In this document: positions 1 through 13,527 of the stretch, in pieces
Layout: every line of letters starts with the position of its first letter
Position numbering within the stretch: the stretch's first letter is position 1
Source: Camelus ferus
Taxonomy: Eukaryota
Direction: 5' to 3'
Assembly (NCBI RefSeq): GCF_009834535.1
Contig: NC_045696.1
Location: 31,312,001 to 31,376,000 of the forward strand
DNA length: 64,000 nt
Made by a program: the position numbers and the translations under genes
The notes under the pieces: model-generated
Seen by the model: only the letters and a program-made list of their open reading frames with translations
Told to the model about the DNA's origin: nothing
The model's database searches: none

Positions 1-3000
1 AGGAATTCTAAAACCTTCAGAGAGAAAATTCAGATCACCACAAGTAACAAAAATTAAGAATGATAACAGAGGCCTAAACAGCAATCCTAGGTCTAACATA
101 AAAATAATGTCTAAGTATAAAAATAAATGACGTTTGAATACACATCCTGCAAAATTTCATCCTGCAAAACTGTGATTTACATGAGTATGTGCAGTAGAAA
201 TATTTGGGGGCATTCAAGGCTTCAGAAGTGTCGCCACAGGGAGTTCGTAATAAAAATATTCTTAGAGAAGGAAATAAAACCAGAATAGAAATAAATTCCT
301 CCCAATGGAGAGCACCTTCTGAAGTAACAAATCAATCTCAGACACACAAAAACAAGAAAACTAGATAGTATCTTCTTATGGTAATATGCAATGTCAAGTA
401 ATCTATAAAATATCCCTCCTAAAACAAAATTACCTTGACTCTAAACAACACTCCAGATCAAAATACCAATTCCTGAAAAATGTACGGAATACAAAGACAA
501 GTTAAATTACATCATTAAGAAGCAATCAACCTGTAGAATATAGCTATTTTAGAGCACAGATAACGTGGTTTTTACTACAAAGCAGTGACTAAAAATGGTT
601 GAAGTCAAAATGATGAAAAAGAAGCTAAGTATGAATATGAGCAAAAAATAACAATAAAAGAGCATAGCACACTTAATATTTGATAAACTAGAATTCAGCT
701 AAAAAAAAGGAAAGTTTTATGCTTCTAGAACAAGGAATCACAAATATTTATTTTAAGTATATGTGTAAAGTAACAAATGGCACAAGTCAAAAGAAATGAA
801 TATATTAGTAAAGAGTATACTTGCAGAAACCATCTTTAGTAACTTTCACAGCTATATTGAATATATTGATTATTAATTAAAATCCAACAAAAATCAACAC
901 AAATGTTTTTTAAATGTCGTGAGTCTAGAAATTTCCTTTAAAATAAATTCATCAGGGAAATTGTATCACATCATTTAGAACCGAAAGAAAGCTGTGTTGT
1001 GTTTATCAACCTTTTTCAAAGTACTAAATAAATCAATTAGAAAACAGAAAAAAAGAACAGATAAAGTCTTCATTTTGAGAATAAAAGAGCATGAGAGCAA
1101 TCTCAAATAAAAATGAGAATAAAAAAGATAAAGAGAGATATCAATGAAATAAGAACAGCAATAGTAAATGACAAATATAACCCTAAATTTGCTTATTTGG
1201 AAATACTATTTATGTTGGTTTTTGCAGATTGATAAATGAATAGTAGAGATAAAAAAATCAACAAAATTCAAAAATAAACAGGGGGAGAATCTTTTGATGC
1301 TAAAGGTATTTAAAATATTTTAAAATATGATATATTTTAAATAGCTATTAGATATAAAATTTATCAAGGTGCACTATATCAAAATTGGAAAATTAAGAAG
1401 CAGAAAATGTAGACATTTCAATGAATATTAAATAAGTGGAAATTATATCACCTTTTAAAGATAAAGAAATGAAAAAAATGTTCCATATTTTTATATATAG
1501 TCTTGTGAACCTATAAGGAATAGACTATTCTTCTACATAAAATATAAATCAGAAGTTCTTTATTTCAATTTAAAAATCAAATAAAACCTTGATTATAAAG
1601 TAGAAAAAGAGGCAGTAAAGGAGTCTATTTCAGTTATAACTAGACATGAGAATCCTAAATAAAATATTAGCTAACTAAATGAAATGATGTATTAAAATGA
1701 TGCTCTACATTTAACTAAATTAATAGGCTAATGGAAAAAACTTACATGAACCAACTCAATAGAAAAAATATTAATATTTGATGATGTTAAAAACCTCAAT
1801 TATGGCTTTTAAAAATCCTGGCAAATTAAGAATCAGAGGGAAATTATTTAGGACAGGCAGAACTTTAAAAATCTGTAGCAATTATTATCCTCAATGGAGA
1901 TACTTTGCAAACATTCCCTTTAAATATCAGGAACATAAGTAAGAAAAGCAAAATAAATAATATATACATATAAGAAGGAAACAAATATGCTACTATTATT
2001 CAGATATTATATAAATAGTTATGTAAAAATATAATATGAAATTTGTAAAATGATCTCAGCATTTCAATGTGAAATCAACTTCAACATCTTTTTCAATATA
2101 ATACAAGCTACAAAAATCATTAACATTTCTCCCAAAGAGCAACAAAAAAATAGCATTTAATTAAAAGTAATGTACCAATATCAAAAGCAGCAAAAACTAA
2201 ACTATTTAAAAATAATACACAATTTTAAATGAAGTTAAAACTATGTCTATGGTGAAAACTTTTTATTTTTTAAAAAAAATTTAATAATAAGAGAAACATT
2301 CCAGCCATACTCTAAGGAAAAGAGGATTTAAAATTATAAAGATATCCATTCTCCCCAATTTCCATAAATTCATTGCAATTCAAATAAATATTTCAGTTAT
2401 ACTTCTGAATAACTCAGTTCAAGCATTTTTTTAAATTGAAGTATAGTCAGTTTACAATGTGTTAATTTCTGGTATACAGCACAGTGATCCATTTATATAT
2501 ATACATATATTCCTTTTCATATTATTTTTCATTTTGGCTATTACAAGGTATTGAATATAATTCCCTGTTCTATACAGTAGGGCCTTGTTGTTTATCTGTT
2601 TCATATATAGTAGTTAGTATCTGCAAATCTCAAACTCCCAATTTATCATCTAGTCCCCTGCCTTACCCTGGCAACCATAAGTTTGTTTTCTATGTCTGTT
2701 TCTGTTTTGTAAATAAGTTCATTTGCATCACTTTTTTAGATTCCACATATAAGTGATATTTTACGGTATTTTTCTTTCTCTTTCTGGCTTACTTCACTTA
2801 GTGAGACAGTTCAAGCATTTTGATATTCATTTAAAAGAATACATTACCATGAAGAGGTATGCCAACATGCAGGAAAAGACAAAAAAAAAAAAGGAGCAAA
2901 GATAGACAACTTGCTTACTGGATACTACAAAATACCACAAAGTGAAGACAAAGGCAGGGGAGAGAGAAAGACAGAGAGATAAAGACACAGACAGAGCAGA

Positions 3001-3300
3001 AAATGGTTTCAGGAAACTCACAAATTATACACAGAAGCGTAAAACTGAATTTTCAGCTAGTAATATATATATATAAAGATAGACTCCATATGGATGAAAA
3101 AGGAAAGGTAGAAGTTAGAATTAATGCAATTAATGAAAGTTAATCAAAGATAAATTTAATAAAATTTAATAAAGTCAATAAAAGATAATGTATATGACCC
3201 AGATATTCACAATTCCAAAACCAAAAACCAAATCAAAGTTAGGAATTTCTATCTAAAAAAGCCCCCTGTTGAAAAAATTAAGTGCACATGACCTGCTAAA
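1..3300 (+). mobile_element. Old, heavily decayed L1 (ORF1 end and ORF2 remnants), interrupted by a younger L1 stub at 2430-2806
   Basis: A-rich + strand. AGAATCCTAAATAAAATATTAGCTAAC near 1649 reads RILNKILAN (L1 ORF2 KILNKILAN). An FPL..G-like motif follows near 1914. Many stops and frameshifts. Confidence 0.75.
2430..2806 (-). mobile_element. 5'-truncated L1 3' end (cetartiodactyl type) with 15-bp TSD
   Basis: Starts TTTTTTAAATTGAAGTATAGTCAGTTTACAATGT (antisense L1 tail). Flanked by the direct repeat CAGTTCAAGCATTTT at 2415-2429 and 2807-2821. Confidence 0.92.
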
Positions 3301-3600
3301 AGAGAATCGAGTAATTTTTATATTTTTAAAATAATTGTATTTTATGGGCTATTATGAAAATAATAGGATTGTTATAAAAATCAAAACTGTTGTGTAGATG
3401 GGGATATAGAAATAGACACTTTATTTACCAGCTAATCACTCTCTCAAAATATATCTACTCTTTATTAATATCTCATTATGGTCCAGTTAAAACTGAAAAG
3501 TCATAATTAACAGTTAAGTATGCATCTCCCAGATCTTCTCTCGGCATACATATTCACAGCCAGTATAGGTATATTTAATTAAAAATTTTTACAAAATGTT

Positions 3601-3730
3601 GAGGGGGTGGGTATAGCTCAGTGTAGGGTACATGCATAGCATGCATGAGGTCCTGGGTTCAATCCCCAGTACCTCCACTAAATAAACAAGTAAATAAACC
3701 TAATTACCTCCCCCACACACAATTTTTAAT
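3601..3730 (+). mobile_element. tRNA-Ala-derived SINE (camelid vic-1 type)
   Basis: GGGGGTGGGTATAGCTCAGTG...GAGGTCCTGGGTTCAATCCCCAGTACCTCCA head with A/B boxes, then an AAATAAACCTAATTACCTCCCC tail. TSD AAAAATTT(T/G)TACAAAATG at 3581-3598 and 3731-3748. Confidence 0.92.
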
Positions 3731-6109
3731 AAAAATTTGTACAAAATGCACTTTACATAACATCTTGCAAATTGTTTTTCTTTTTTATTTAACATATAGT
3801 TGATATCTCAAAACTCACACGTACCTATCTTACTCACTTTTATGACTGCATACTATTCCATATTATATCATATGTTTACATGTAAAATCCAACCATTGTC
3901 CCAGAAATGTATACACATATGTATATGTTTATGTATGTATATTAATATAAATAGGCATAATAATTAAACTATATTTATACATTATAGCATATTTATATGT
4001 TATGTTTATACCATATATATTAATATGTATATGACTCATAGCTATAGTGACTTGTACAGGACTAAGATTTGTAGATAAGAAGGATTTCAGTTTTATACAC
4101 AATGTATTTATTTTACATAGCAATAATGTGGTGTTCACATCTTGTGTTACTCAAAAATAACAGTAAGAAATGAGTTCAGTATAAAGAGATCATTATGAGC
4201 AGAGGGAATCTATTTGCTTTCACATTCAGTTAACAGTCCCATTGATTCATTTATTTCTTTTAATTGTTGTTTTTTTTTGAACTGGAGGATTCTGAGCTGC
4301 TATATATATAATGGTCCTTACTTTTTCTAAGGACCGTTATTATTTTTTGATGCTTAAGTTGTTCTGTATTCAAACACACAATATTTTGTTATTTGAAAAT
4401 GGAAATTGAAATTTCAATTGATGAAATTAAAAATTTCGTATGGTTTGAGAGGTTCTTTAACATCTCTTTTATTAACATAATAAAATTCTGCTTCTTTTGT
4501 AATATTTTCTATTTGAGATTTCAATAAATTTTTGTTTTATGTCGATATAATGTTAGGTGCTTATAATTTTTTATAAACAACTTGAGAATAAAATAATCAT
4601 GCTTTTTGTTAAATAGGAAGAGGGCTAGCTGAGTCAGAGTCAATCATTTAAATGATCTACATCCATGATATTATGATTTCCCTACCTATACAATTTTGTA
4701 ATTTTGTAAATAAGTAAATTATACTACAATTATGGAGAAATTTCATTCATCTAGCTGAGGTAAAGTTACATAATTAAAAAAAATACATATATCAAAAACG
4801 GAAGGATGACAAACCTGGAAAAATTTTTTAAAATAGTGGAAATAATATCAGCATATAAAAGAGACAAAATGTTATAATGTAAAATATGTAAAATAATATT
4901 TGAATAAAAATATACAAAGTCCAATAGAAAAAAAAAGTGAGTGAAGGACCTATATAAAGAATTTCTTAAGAAATGCTTCTTTTCCTATAGAAAAATGCTT
5001 TTTCTTAATAAAATCAGTAAATTCAAGTAAAATGATGATCTCTGACTTTTGTCTACTAAAAAGTACTTAGTGAAAACTGTAAGACAAGTGCTTAGTGTAA
5101 AATTATGCTTGAAGAAAAAAGCATTACCATATTCTGGAAAGAGGAAAGTAGTTTATATAATCTATTTAGTTAATAAACATGCTTAAATCTGATAGGAAAT
5201 ATGCAAACAATAATAAGTAGTTATCTGCATGGTGTGGATGTAGGCTGCATTTTCTTTTCCATTTGCTAATTAAATAATATATTTATAATTTTAAAAATAG
5301 CACAGTAGTTTCTCTCAGTGGTTCCCTAAAATTTCTTTCATAAGTGTTCTAAGGTTTTCATTGGTCAAACGTATTTCTTTGTTCAGATGAATCACAACAT
5401 TGGCAGTCCTGTTTGAGATATGGACATATTTAAGAAACCTGTGACTATGCAAAAGCTTCTTCTGTACTTGACTGATTCTCAGGAAAATAGCAAAAATATG
5501 TGATTCTTTTTTCTAAGGTTCGCCATCCTCTCCCTTTCACACTACAAACATCAGGAAGACACTACAATTTATTCATATATATCACATTCGCTAAATACCT
5601 AAGATAATCAGATGGCTCAAATGACAAACTACAGATTTGGGAATAACTGAATTCTGTGAAATACAGAAGAGTAAAAATTACTCTGTTTTCTAGCCCAAAA
5701 CTGATAAAACAAAAGAATTTTTTTATCTTTATGTTTTTAAAGGTCATATGTACATCTCACATCTTACTTTTACAAGAGGTAAAACATAATATAATCAAAA
5801 CAAAGCAGGCTTTTAAAAACATTGTGGTTTCTTGTATTTTTTCCTCTTAGAAAATGCTATTTCCTAAATCACCTATGTCAAGTAAATGTCATAGTTTTAA
5901 GCTTCGTCCAGTTCTACAACATATGTTAAATGACCCATGGCCAGTATGGGGCAAAGTGAACATTTCTCATCATCCAACAATACTGACTAGGACTTGTGAA
6001 CATTTCCTAAAGGCTCTGCACAGTGTTCTTCTTTGGGATATTTGGATTTCTCTTTGAACATTTCTATTTTAATTTTCTTGGATGTACCTTCTCATATTAC
6101 ATTGACCCA

Positions 6110-6245
6110 GAGAGCTCCGGACTCAGTTAGCTGGAGTTCAATACTCTTAACACTCTAAGCAGAGCCACTTCATGATTTTGTGACATTGGGCAAGTAATTT
6201 TACCTTTTTGTTGAGTTTTTTCATATTTAAAATAAAGATAATGTC
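6110..6245 (+). mobile_element. MIR SINE fragment
   Basis: Core-like TGTGACATTGGGCAAGTAATTTTACCTTT...TTTTTCATATTTAAAATAAAGATAAT. Confidence 0.7.
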
Positions 6246-6957
6246 AGTTCAACACTGAAGTAATCTTTCTCTTCTAGTGTCTGTCTCCACGGCTAGTCTG
6301 TAAGCTATAAAGTCCCCTCCCCCAAAGAACAGCGCCCCCTTCTCCTTCACCACAGTATGGCCCATCCTAGCATCCTTCCTGGCCACTGGTGCTTTGTGGG
6401 TGATGATAAAAGCACAGAACTAAGTGTTTCCATCTATAAAATAGGAGAGTTTTTGACCAGAAGAATTTTCTCACTCTGACAGTCTAACTTCTCCTCTGGA
6501 GAACCCAGGGTGCTTCCTGAAAGAATCATTTTAAAAGGAACGTCAAACTGCTCAACTCTTCAGTAAATAGACTCAAACGAGAGTTTGCATCTTAAGACTC
6601 TTTGAACCCCTTGCCTCAAGATTCCCTGCCCCCTGCTTGTGTGTCTACCGATCCTCAACTGTAAAAAAAAAGATCACTACTAATTTTATACATTTCTGTG
6701 CGTAGATATTACACTGTAATCTGGATACATTATTTTTATTTACCCATATTTTTCTCTGAATTTTTAAGACCTAGTTTCCATGCTTTCTGTAACCTTAAAA
6801 TGAAAAGTGACCATTCTTGAAGAGTTTTGCTTAGCTTATGAAGAATCTCACATAAGAGCAATAAATGCTAATGTCTTTATTCTCAGTTACCTGTACAAAA
6901 TCTTTTCCTAAAGTTGGACAGAAAACTGAGTTAGTAACTGAAGACACACAGACTGGG

Positions 6958-6981
6958 TTTTTTTTTTTTTTTTTTTTTTTT
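6958..6981. repeat. poly(T) tract
   Basis: About 24 consecutive T. Confidence 0.95.
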
Positions 6982-7599
6982 GTCCCTATCTCTTGAAAGA
7001 AAATGACTCCAGACTATTCCTTAGCAATTTCAGCCTGTAAAACACTGACAAAATCTCCTCAAACAGAACTTTAAAACCTCCCATTATTAAGAGGGAGGAA
7101 AAAAAAAAAACCAAAAAACCTCATAGAGGTAATGCTCCTTCAAACTATAGCAATTTTTGCCTAAGAAGTAAAACAGTGAATTTCATTTCTGAAAACAATT
7201 TTTAAGTCTCTGTTTAATACATAATGCTTTGAAAAATATATCTGAACTATGAATAAAATATAAAACATTTGGGTTTAGTGGAGGAAACGACTGAGAGATT
7301 TGTTTGATATATATGGATGAATTCCAAAGAAATCTTTCTGCACTTTTTCTGAAACATATTTCCTCCCTTTTATTAAATTAACATTTCACCTGAATATTGC
7401 AATTATTAGGGTAGAAAATGTTAGTTTCCAAAATACTTATGGCTAGAATAAAGGTAGGGACTTTCAAAGAAAGCTGTCCATCTTCATTCATTCACATTCC
7501 TGGCATCAGAGTGGGCTTCGTTCAGGCAACAGCAAAAGGGATATTTGAATTGCCAATTTCGAACGGCAGCTGAGGGCACCCTTAAGACAATATGATGAG

Positions 7600-8165
7600 G
7601 ATCAATGTGGGAAGCTGGAGCTTCCTCCCCGTGGACATCAAGCCAATGTGTGGAAGCAGACAAAGGAGCCAACACAATACTTAACACCCTCAGGAGAGCT
7701 CTTGGAAGCCAGCAAACATAAAAGCAAAAGCAAACCCAAAAGAAGCCCATTTTATCCTATTCTTGTAGAAAACCTTAGTGCACCTGTACCTTGAATACTG
7801 CAGGCACTTTTGGTCATCACATTTGAAGAATGAGTACTGGAGAAGGTCCAGAGAAGAAAAAGCAAGTAGTGAAAGGATATAGAAGCTGACTGAACAGAAT
7901 GCTACCCTGGTGATGGGGAGAAAAAGCAAACCAACAAAAAAAGGAGTAAGGCACAATTAAAAATACAATAATTTAAGGCAAATTAAAAATCATTTAAGAG
8001 GCAAATAAAAAAGATGTAAGGATATAAATTAATAAGAGCAGATGAGTACATTACATAGCACTTAACAAAATATGAAATTTCTTACATTATTGAAAATTCA
8101 AGGAGAGGTATGGTTTTAAGACAGGTTTTGGAAAGTTCATGAATAGAAGCATATAAGAGAATTCA
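7600..8165 (+). mobile_element. CR1/L3 LINE ORF2 C-terminal fossil
   Basis: Reads SQCVEADKGANTILNTLRR, then KTLVHLYLEYCRHFWSSHLK, LEKVQRR and FKTGFGKFM. These match CR1 motifs SQQC..AAKKANAILG, LVRPHLEYCVQFWSP, LERVQRRA and FK..LDKFM. Confidence 0.85.
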
Positions 8166-8994
8166 TGATGTTTAAGTAAAGTGACCATTTAGTTTATTAT
8201 CTAAATAGGGGTGGTGCTGAGAATAAAAGAATTGTTAGAAAAAAGTATACAGACACAAGTGTAAACCAGGAGAGTCAAACTGGGAAGTATGTTCACATTG
8301 TAATTAGGAAATCTTCCTTTGACTTTTTAAGTTACTGTGAGGAACAAAATGTATCTGTCCTTCTACAGCACAGAATAATGTCTTTGCTGCTACTATTATA
8401 TTAAGTCCTGATTTTAAGTACAGACATCAGAGACTGTTACCTGAGAAGTGTGCTTTCAGATGGAACAGATGCTAAGCTATGTATCACCTCACTTACGTAA
8501 CATAGATTTTGAAATTCCACCCTTAGAACAACATTCCTTGAAGATGAGAAAAGGAATTCTCCTTTTCTCCCTCATTTCAAATACAAATATTATTTGTATT
8601 TTTTGTATTCTCAGAGCAGATAACATCTTAAATAAATTCCATATGGTACGATTATAACTTTTAAGTATGTTTCTATGTAGGAAGAACCTGGAGAAGAGAA
8701 AATGCCACACTCCGAGAAAGTTGTAGAGTATGATTCTGAAGAAGTATTGTGTTGAAATAGATCAGAATTATATATATATAAATAAAACTTAATTCCAGGA
8801 GAAAGCTAAAACTGTGGGTAATTTTTAGGAGTTGTGTTAATTCAATTTAAAATGTACTTAGGAAGATGCAATACGGTTAAGGTGTCACAAAAATAACTTG
8901 ACGTGACAAATATATATGCAGATACAATAATGTATCCAGAACCAAATTTATAAGATAAACTGTCAAATAAATAAAATTCAAAGCAGAAAAGTGT

Positions 8995-9990
8995 CTACCT
9001 TGCATATCGCATATCTCCAAGAGCCTACTTAACATTTCAACCTGGAAATGTCAAAGGCATTGAAGAACCATATGTCAAAAACTCACTCAGCTTCCCAAGC
9101 CAGAAACCAGGAAAGAAAATTTCAGACTCTGAGAAAGTGATATCCTTGATATATCTCCTTCACTAATTACTCTGTCCAATACTTCACCAAGTTTCGTTGA
9201 TTTTACTTTAAAAAAAAACAAACAAAACTCTCATCTGTGAGCCCATATCCATCGTTATTTTCAACTACCAGACAGAGCCACCAGCATCTCTTGCCTGAAT
9301 TACTGCAATATCCATTTAAACAAATATTCTCCTCATATGCATTTCTTTCTCCCAATGCATCATGCACTATGAAGTAAGTATAAACTTTAAACATAGACAA
9401 TCGTATCAATCTTTACCACTAAGAGCTCATGACTGTAAGAAAAAGACTAAGACCCTGGCTATGGGTTGCAAGACCCAGAACTGTCTGTCTGGGTCTAACT
9501 GAACTGTCTCTAACTTCATTTCAAGGCACTCCTCTTAATCCTTCCAATTCAGCAGCCCTAGCCAACCTGAATGTCGATATACTATTATACCTGTGTTTGC
9601 ACATATTATCTCTGTCTGCAGTTTCACCACGCACTTTCTACTACTTCATCTTGTTACTTGTATTTAACCATCATTAACAGTCCATAAATTACTCACTGAT
9701 TTTCCCCCAGTTAAATGATGCCCCCACGTTGTAGCTGCACAGAGCTCCCTGAAGTATTTCTTTATAACTAATGTAACAATTTAGAATAATGTTTTAAAGA
9801 TTTTATTTGATTAATATCAATCTTCATTATTAGACACATTGCTCAATGAAATAAGGGCTGTGTTTGTCTGACATATTAGAGATGTAAATAGATATTTTTG
9901 AACAAACGTTATGTCCCCAGTACCATATCACCAATACTGATTTGTTTTTGCCTAACATATTAAATATGTGAGTAAGTATTTTTGAATAAA
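8995..9990 (+). mobile_element. L2 LINE 3' region fragments
   Basis: CCTACTTAACATTTCAACCTGGAAATGTC...CATATGTCAAAAACT L2 motif, ending in TATTTTTGAA-type L2 tails. Confidence 0.75.
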
Positions 9991-9999
9991 AGGTAGCCA

Positions 10000-10465
10000 C
10001 TAAATAAGGCTACTAACAATCCCTTCTTCTCTGTGCATGCATTTTGACTCGCACTAAGCAGTAGAAAGCAGCACAAGGGTATTATGTATCTTTCAAATCT
10101 AGGCTTAAAGAAGACTGGTAGCTTTCATTTCTCCTGTTTTGTAAAATCACCACCATACTGTAAGCAAACTCAGGCTGTTTATGCAGGGAAGAGAGACAAG
10201 AAGAAGGTCAAGAGAATAAGACACCACGAGGAAAGAAGATGACCTACGTGGAGGAACACGGTGGTGAAGCTTTCTTGGACCTTCAAGTCTAACCCAACTG
10301 CCAGTTGAATGAAGCCAAATTAATCTCCCAGCTGATTCCACAGGAGCAGAATAACCACCCAGAGAAGCCCTGCCCCAAATCCTAATCCATAATTATGAGA
10401 AATAACAGTCCACTGGCTTAAGTCACCAAATATTAGAGCAGTTTCTTACACAGATTGATAATGAA
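10000..10465 (+). mobile_element. MaLR (MLT1-type) LTR
   Basis: CAGGAGCAGAATAACCACCCAGAGAAGCCCTGCCCCAAATCCT...TTAAGTCACCAAATATTAGAGCAGTTTCTTACACAG MLT1 3' end. Confidence 0.8.
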
Positions 10466-10899
10466 AAAAATAAATGAATCAACACTTATTATTAAAGCTA
10501 TTAGCAAGGTTCAACGTGTTCTTCAAAAGTAGTACCTGAGGTTCTCAAGTGAATTCAGGAGGTTGTGGAATAGAAAAACTGAAATTTGTAATACCTTTTT
10601 TGTTGAATAAGCAACTGGTACCCAATCAAAGATTTCTTAGCAGAACAGTGATGTTATTGAATCTATTCCTTAGAAACATGAATCTGTCACCATGATACAG
10701 ATATATTTGTGTTGTATATCATTTCATTTATGAGTAAAGAGGAACTGGTAAAATACATACAAGATAAAGTGAAAGATAAAATATATGGGAAAGAAAATGG
10801 AGGGAAAATGAGATTAAGCCAGTAGAAAATCAGCTTGCAGAATATGCATCAGGAGCTCCCTTCCCAGACCTTTGCTACAGGATTTCTAGTAACTCTAAT

Positions 10900-12050
10900 G
10901 GTCTCTGTGGAGGCTACCATAATCTCCTTGATTAGGTAATCTTATTCCAGTGATACTCTCCTACAGGACCAAAATTCATGCTAGACCTAGATTCAGTTTT
11001 TAATTGTCTAGTATGGCTCCTCTTTGACATAGCTTATCAGAGTTTTTCTAATCCCATAGAATCCTGGTTTCCTAAATTATCATAACTATTTTTCTCAGGA
11101 GACAGGTAACACGCACCCTACCACTCAGAGTCTGTTCACATTTTCTGTTTCCCTAAACTGTAAGAAGTAGTTTTCCCATTATTTGTGTAATGACTTCTCC
11201 ATCCTTAGATCTGAAGGGGTGCTTCTTGAAAGAGTTCCATAATCCCTATTCCACACGCTTGGAATTAAGTATATTTGAAAATTTGGGGATTATGGAAATG
11301 TGATATTGTTTGTATACTGTATGTTATGAAAGGCCCATAGGGAGCTGGGGAGTATTCCATACCAGAGCACATTAGCATTTCTGCTGCAATATATGAATAC
11401 TCACATAAACTAAATAACTTCAAGTCAACTTTTCTCCCAGTTTAGTTCAGGTGAGGTCATCTTTCAGGTTGAATTAAAGACAGCTGTTTTCAGCACACTT
11501 CAAATATCAGAACTAAGGGTTAAGGATTCTGATTTTTAATTTCTTGGATCCTACCTCTCTCTAAGGTTGCCATTCCAGTCTTCTCCCTAAATTGATCCCT
11601 TTTGTAAAAATTAGATCTCTTTGGTCCCTAACTATGTTCTTTTACCAAGTAATCAGTCAAACTTCCTCCTTTGTAACCTAATCTTTACAGAGAATTGATA
11701 CAGAGTTTTCTTAGATATACTTCCTCTTTTCTAATTTCTATTCGATTATAGATCTAATTTATCCTTTGAAGCTTCAAATCTCCTTTGAAGTATGCCCCTG
11801 TGCTCTTTTATATCTCCATTTGTCCTTGCCTGTGCCACTTTAGTTTTAAAACTATTTCCTTAGCTGCTACTCTTGATTTATCTCAAGTATTGTATAATCT
11901 CTCTATATTTTGCTCTACTTCTTTGCGCCATGCTTAATTACAAGTTACAAAAGAAGTATTCTGTAAATATACTGGCCATGAGATTGTTATGAAGTCAGCT
12001 AGCTTTCTCTGTCTCTTTCAGTGGACATTCCATCTCCAACTGGTAGCATC
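10900..12050 (-). mobile_element. Possible ancient Gypsy-type gag remnant, split by a DNA transposon
   Basis: Minus strand reads WENYFLQFRETENVN near 11180-11135 and GAILDN*KLN near 11020-10990, with an upstream purine-rich coiled-coil-like stretch. Highly decayed. Confidence 0.35.
11235..11532. mobile_element. MER46/Tigger-type non-autonomous DNA transposon
   Basis: Ends ATAATCCCTATTCC... and ...GGGTTAAGGATTCTG resemble degenerate MER46-like TIRs. Confidence 0.55.
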
Positions 12051-12714
12051 ACCTGTTACCTTTTATTTTTAAGTAATATGTTTCTGAGCGTAAAGTCAGT
12101 AATATTGATCTCAGATACTCACAAGGATAATTAACAAAGGGTGGATTAGGAAGGCCTCAGGATGATGCCAAGGCAGACAAGACACAAAATTTCTGGACCA
12201 TTGCCTGGGCATTGGATAAAGGTCAATGCTTACAGTTCCAAGACTAAAATTTCCTCATGATCAAGACTTTACAGAAAAACCATTAGACTGAGTAAAAATG
12301 TTAAATCTACCAATGCCTGTAAAGGTTGTGAAGAGCATTTGCCCTAAACTCAGCCTTACAATGAACTCATACAAAATAATTAAGTTCAAAGGTTGTGGAG
12401 CCCAGGGGCTCCATCGAAACCCCCACCATTTATTATTTGGGTCTGCATATTCCACTCCCTGCTTTATTTCCCAATATTCCTAGATCAGGAGCCAGACCAT
12501 GGAGTGTCTTATAGAGCCTAATTAAAGCAATCTGTCAACTTAATGTAACCAATAAGACAAGAAGTAAGACACATAGAAATCAAAATATCACCTTTTTCGC
12601 TGATACGATCTAGGGTGAGGGATGACGCTTAATGAGACTGCTAAAAGGTCTTACTAACAGAAACCAACCAACAGTTAGGACTCTCAAGTCAGAAATAAAG
12701 AAAGGGAATTACAT

Positions 12715-13267
12715 TAATATTCTATTTCCACATAAAATTATGAGAAACAGCAGCTTAAAGCGGCAGACATTTATTACATCACAGTTTCTAAAGATCAGGA
12801 ATCAGTCATCGCTTAGCTGACGCCCCTGCTCCAGGTCCTTAGGCTGTCAGCCATGCTGCATTTTCAACTGGAGGCCTGGCTTGGGAAGAATCTGCTTCCT
12901 AGCTCATTCATGCTGTTGACAGCATTTATTTTCTTATAGGCTCATGACTGCAGGTCACAGGTTCTTACTGGCTGTTGACTAGAGGCTGCTGCCAAGTCTT
13001 AGAGCTGGTGCAGTTTCCCGTTTCTCAGTCATCTCCGTAACAAATTCACAATATGACTATTTGCTTCTTTAAGACCAATAGAAAAATCTCTCATTCCAGT
13101 TTAAATCAGTCTTCCATAATCTTTTGCAATTAGAGGAGTGATATCTCATCACCTTTGCTATAATCAATTTGTTAGAAGCAAATCACAAGTTCTGCCCAGA
13201 CTCAAGAGGAAGGTGATATACAAGGGTAAGACTCAATAAGGTCCCCTTAAAAGTATGTCTATCACAG
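12715..13267 (-). mobile_element. MaLR (MLT1-type) LTR
   Basis: GCTTAAAGCGGCAGACATTTATTACATCACAGTTTCT...AGGAATC...GAAGCAAATCACAAGTTCTGCCCAGACTCAAGAGGA, antisense MLT1 motifs. Confidence 0.82.
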
Positions 13268-13423
13268 AATTTATGGTCAGTTACCTGATTCAAGTTATCA
13301 ATAAGACACAATAAACAGACTCAAAGCAAGCAAACAAACGAAAATAACTTTTGTATGTGCGTCATACATTCCTAGTTCTGAAGACTGGTGAAAAAGTCTA
13401 CTTTGGCATTTCATTAAGATTAT

Positions 13424-13510
13424 ATGTATGTGCATAACGGAAGCACTATGCTGTACGCTGGAAACCAACACAACATTGTAAATCACCTAAACTTTGATTT
13501 AAAAACAAAA
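13424..13510 (+). mobile_element. Very short L1 3' stub
   Basis: TGCTGTACGCTGGAAACCAACACAACATTGTAAATCACCTAAACTT plus an A tail. Same tail family as the stubs at 46008 and 62672. Confidence 0.8.
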
Positions 13511-13527
13511 ATGATTACATGAGCTAC

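Noticed and set aside
143..170. Short tandem duplications (CATCCTGCAAAA x2, also TAACACAGGAC x2 at ~21289) as a CRISPR-like or functional array
   Set aside because: Only two adjacent units with no spacers. These are ordinary slippage duplications within repeats.
3603..3678. tRNA-Ala gene (also 43488-43563)
   Set aside because: The cloverleaf is degenerate and continues into a shared SINE tail with TSDs, so these are SINEs.
4150..4790. AT-rich segment possibly from a DNA transposon
   Set aside because: I could not identify TIRs or a transposase motif.
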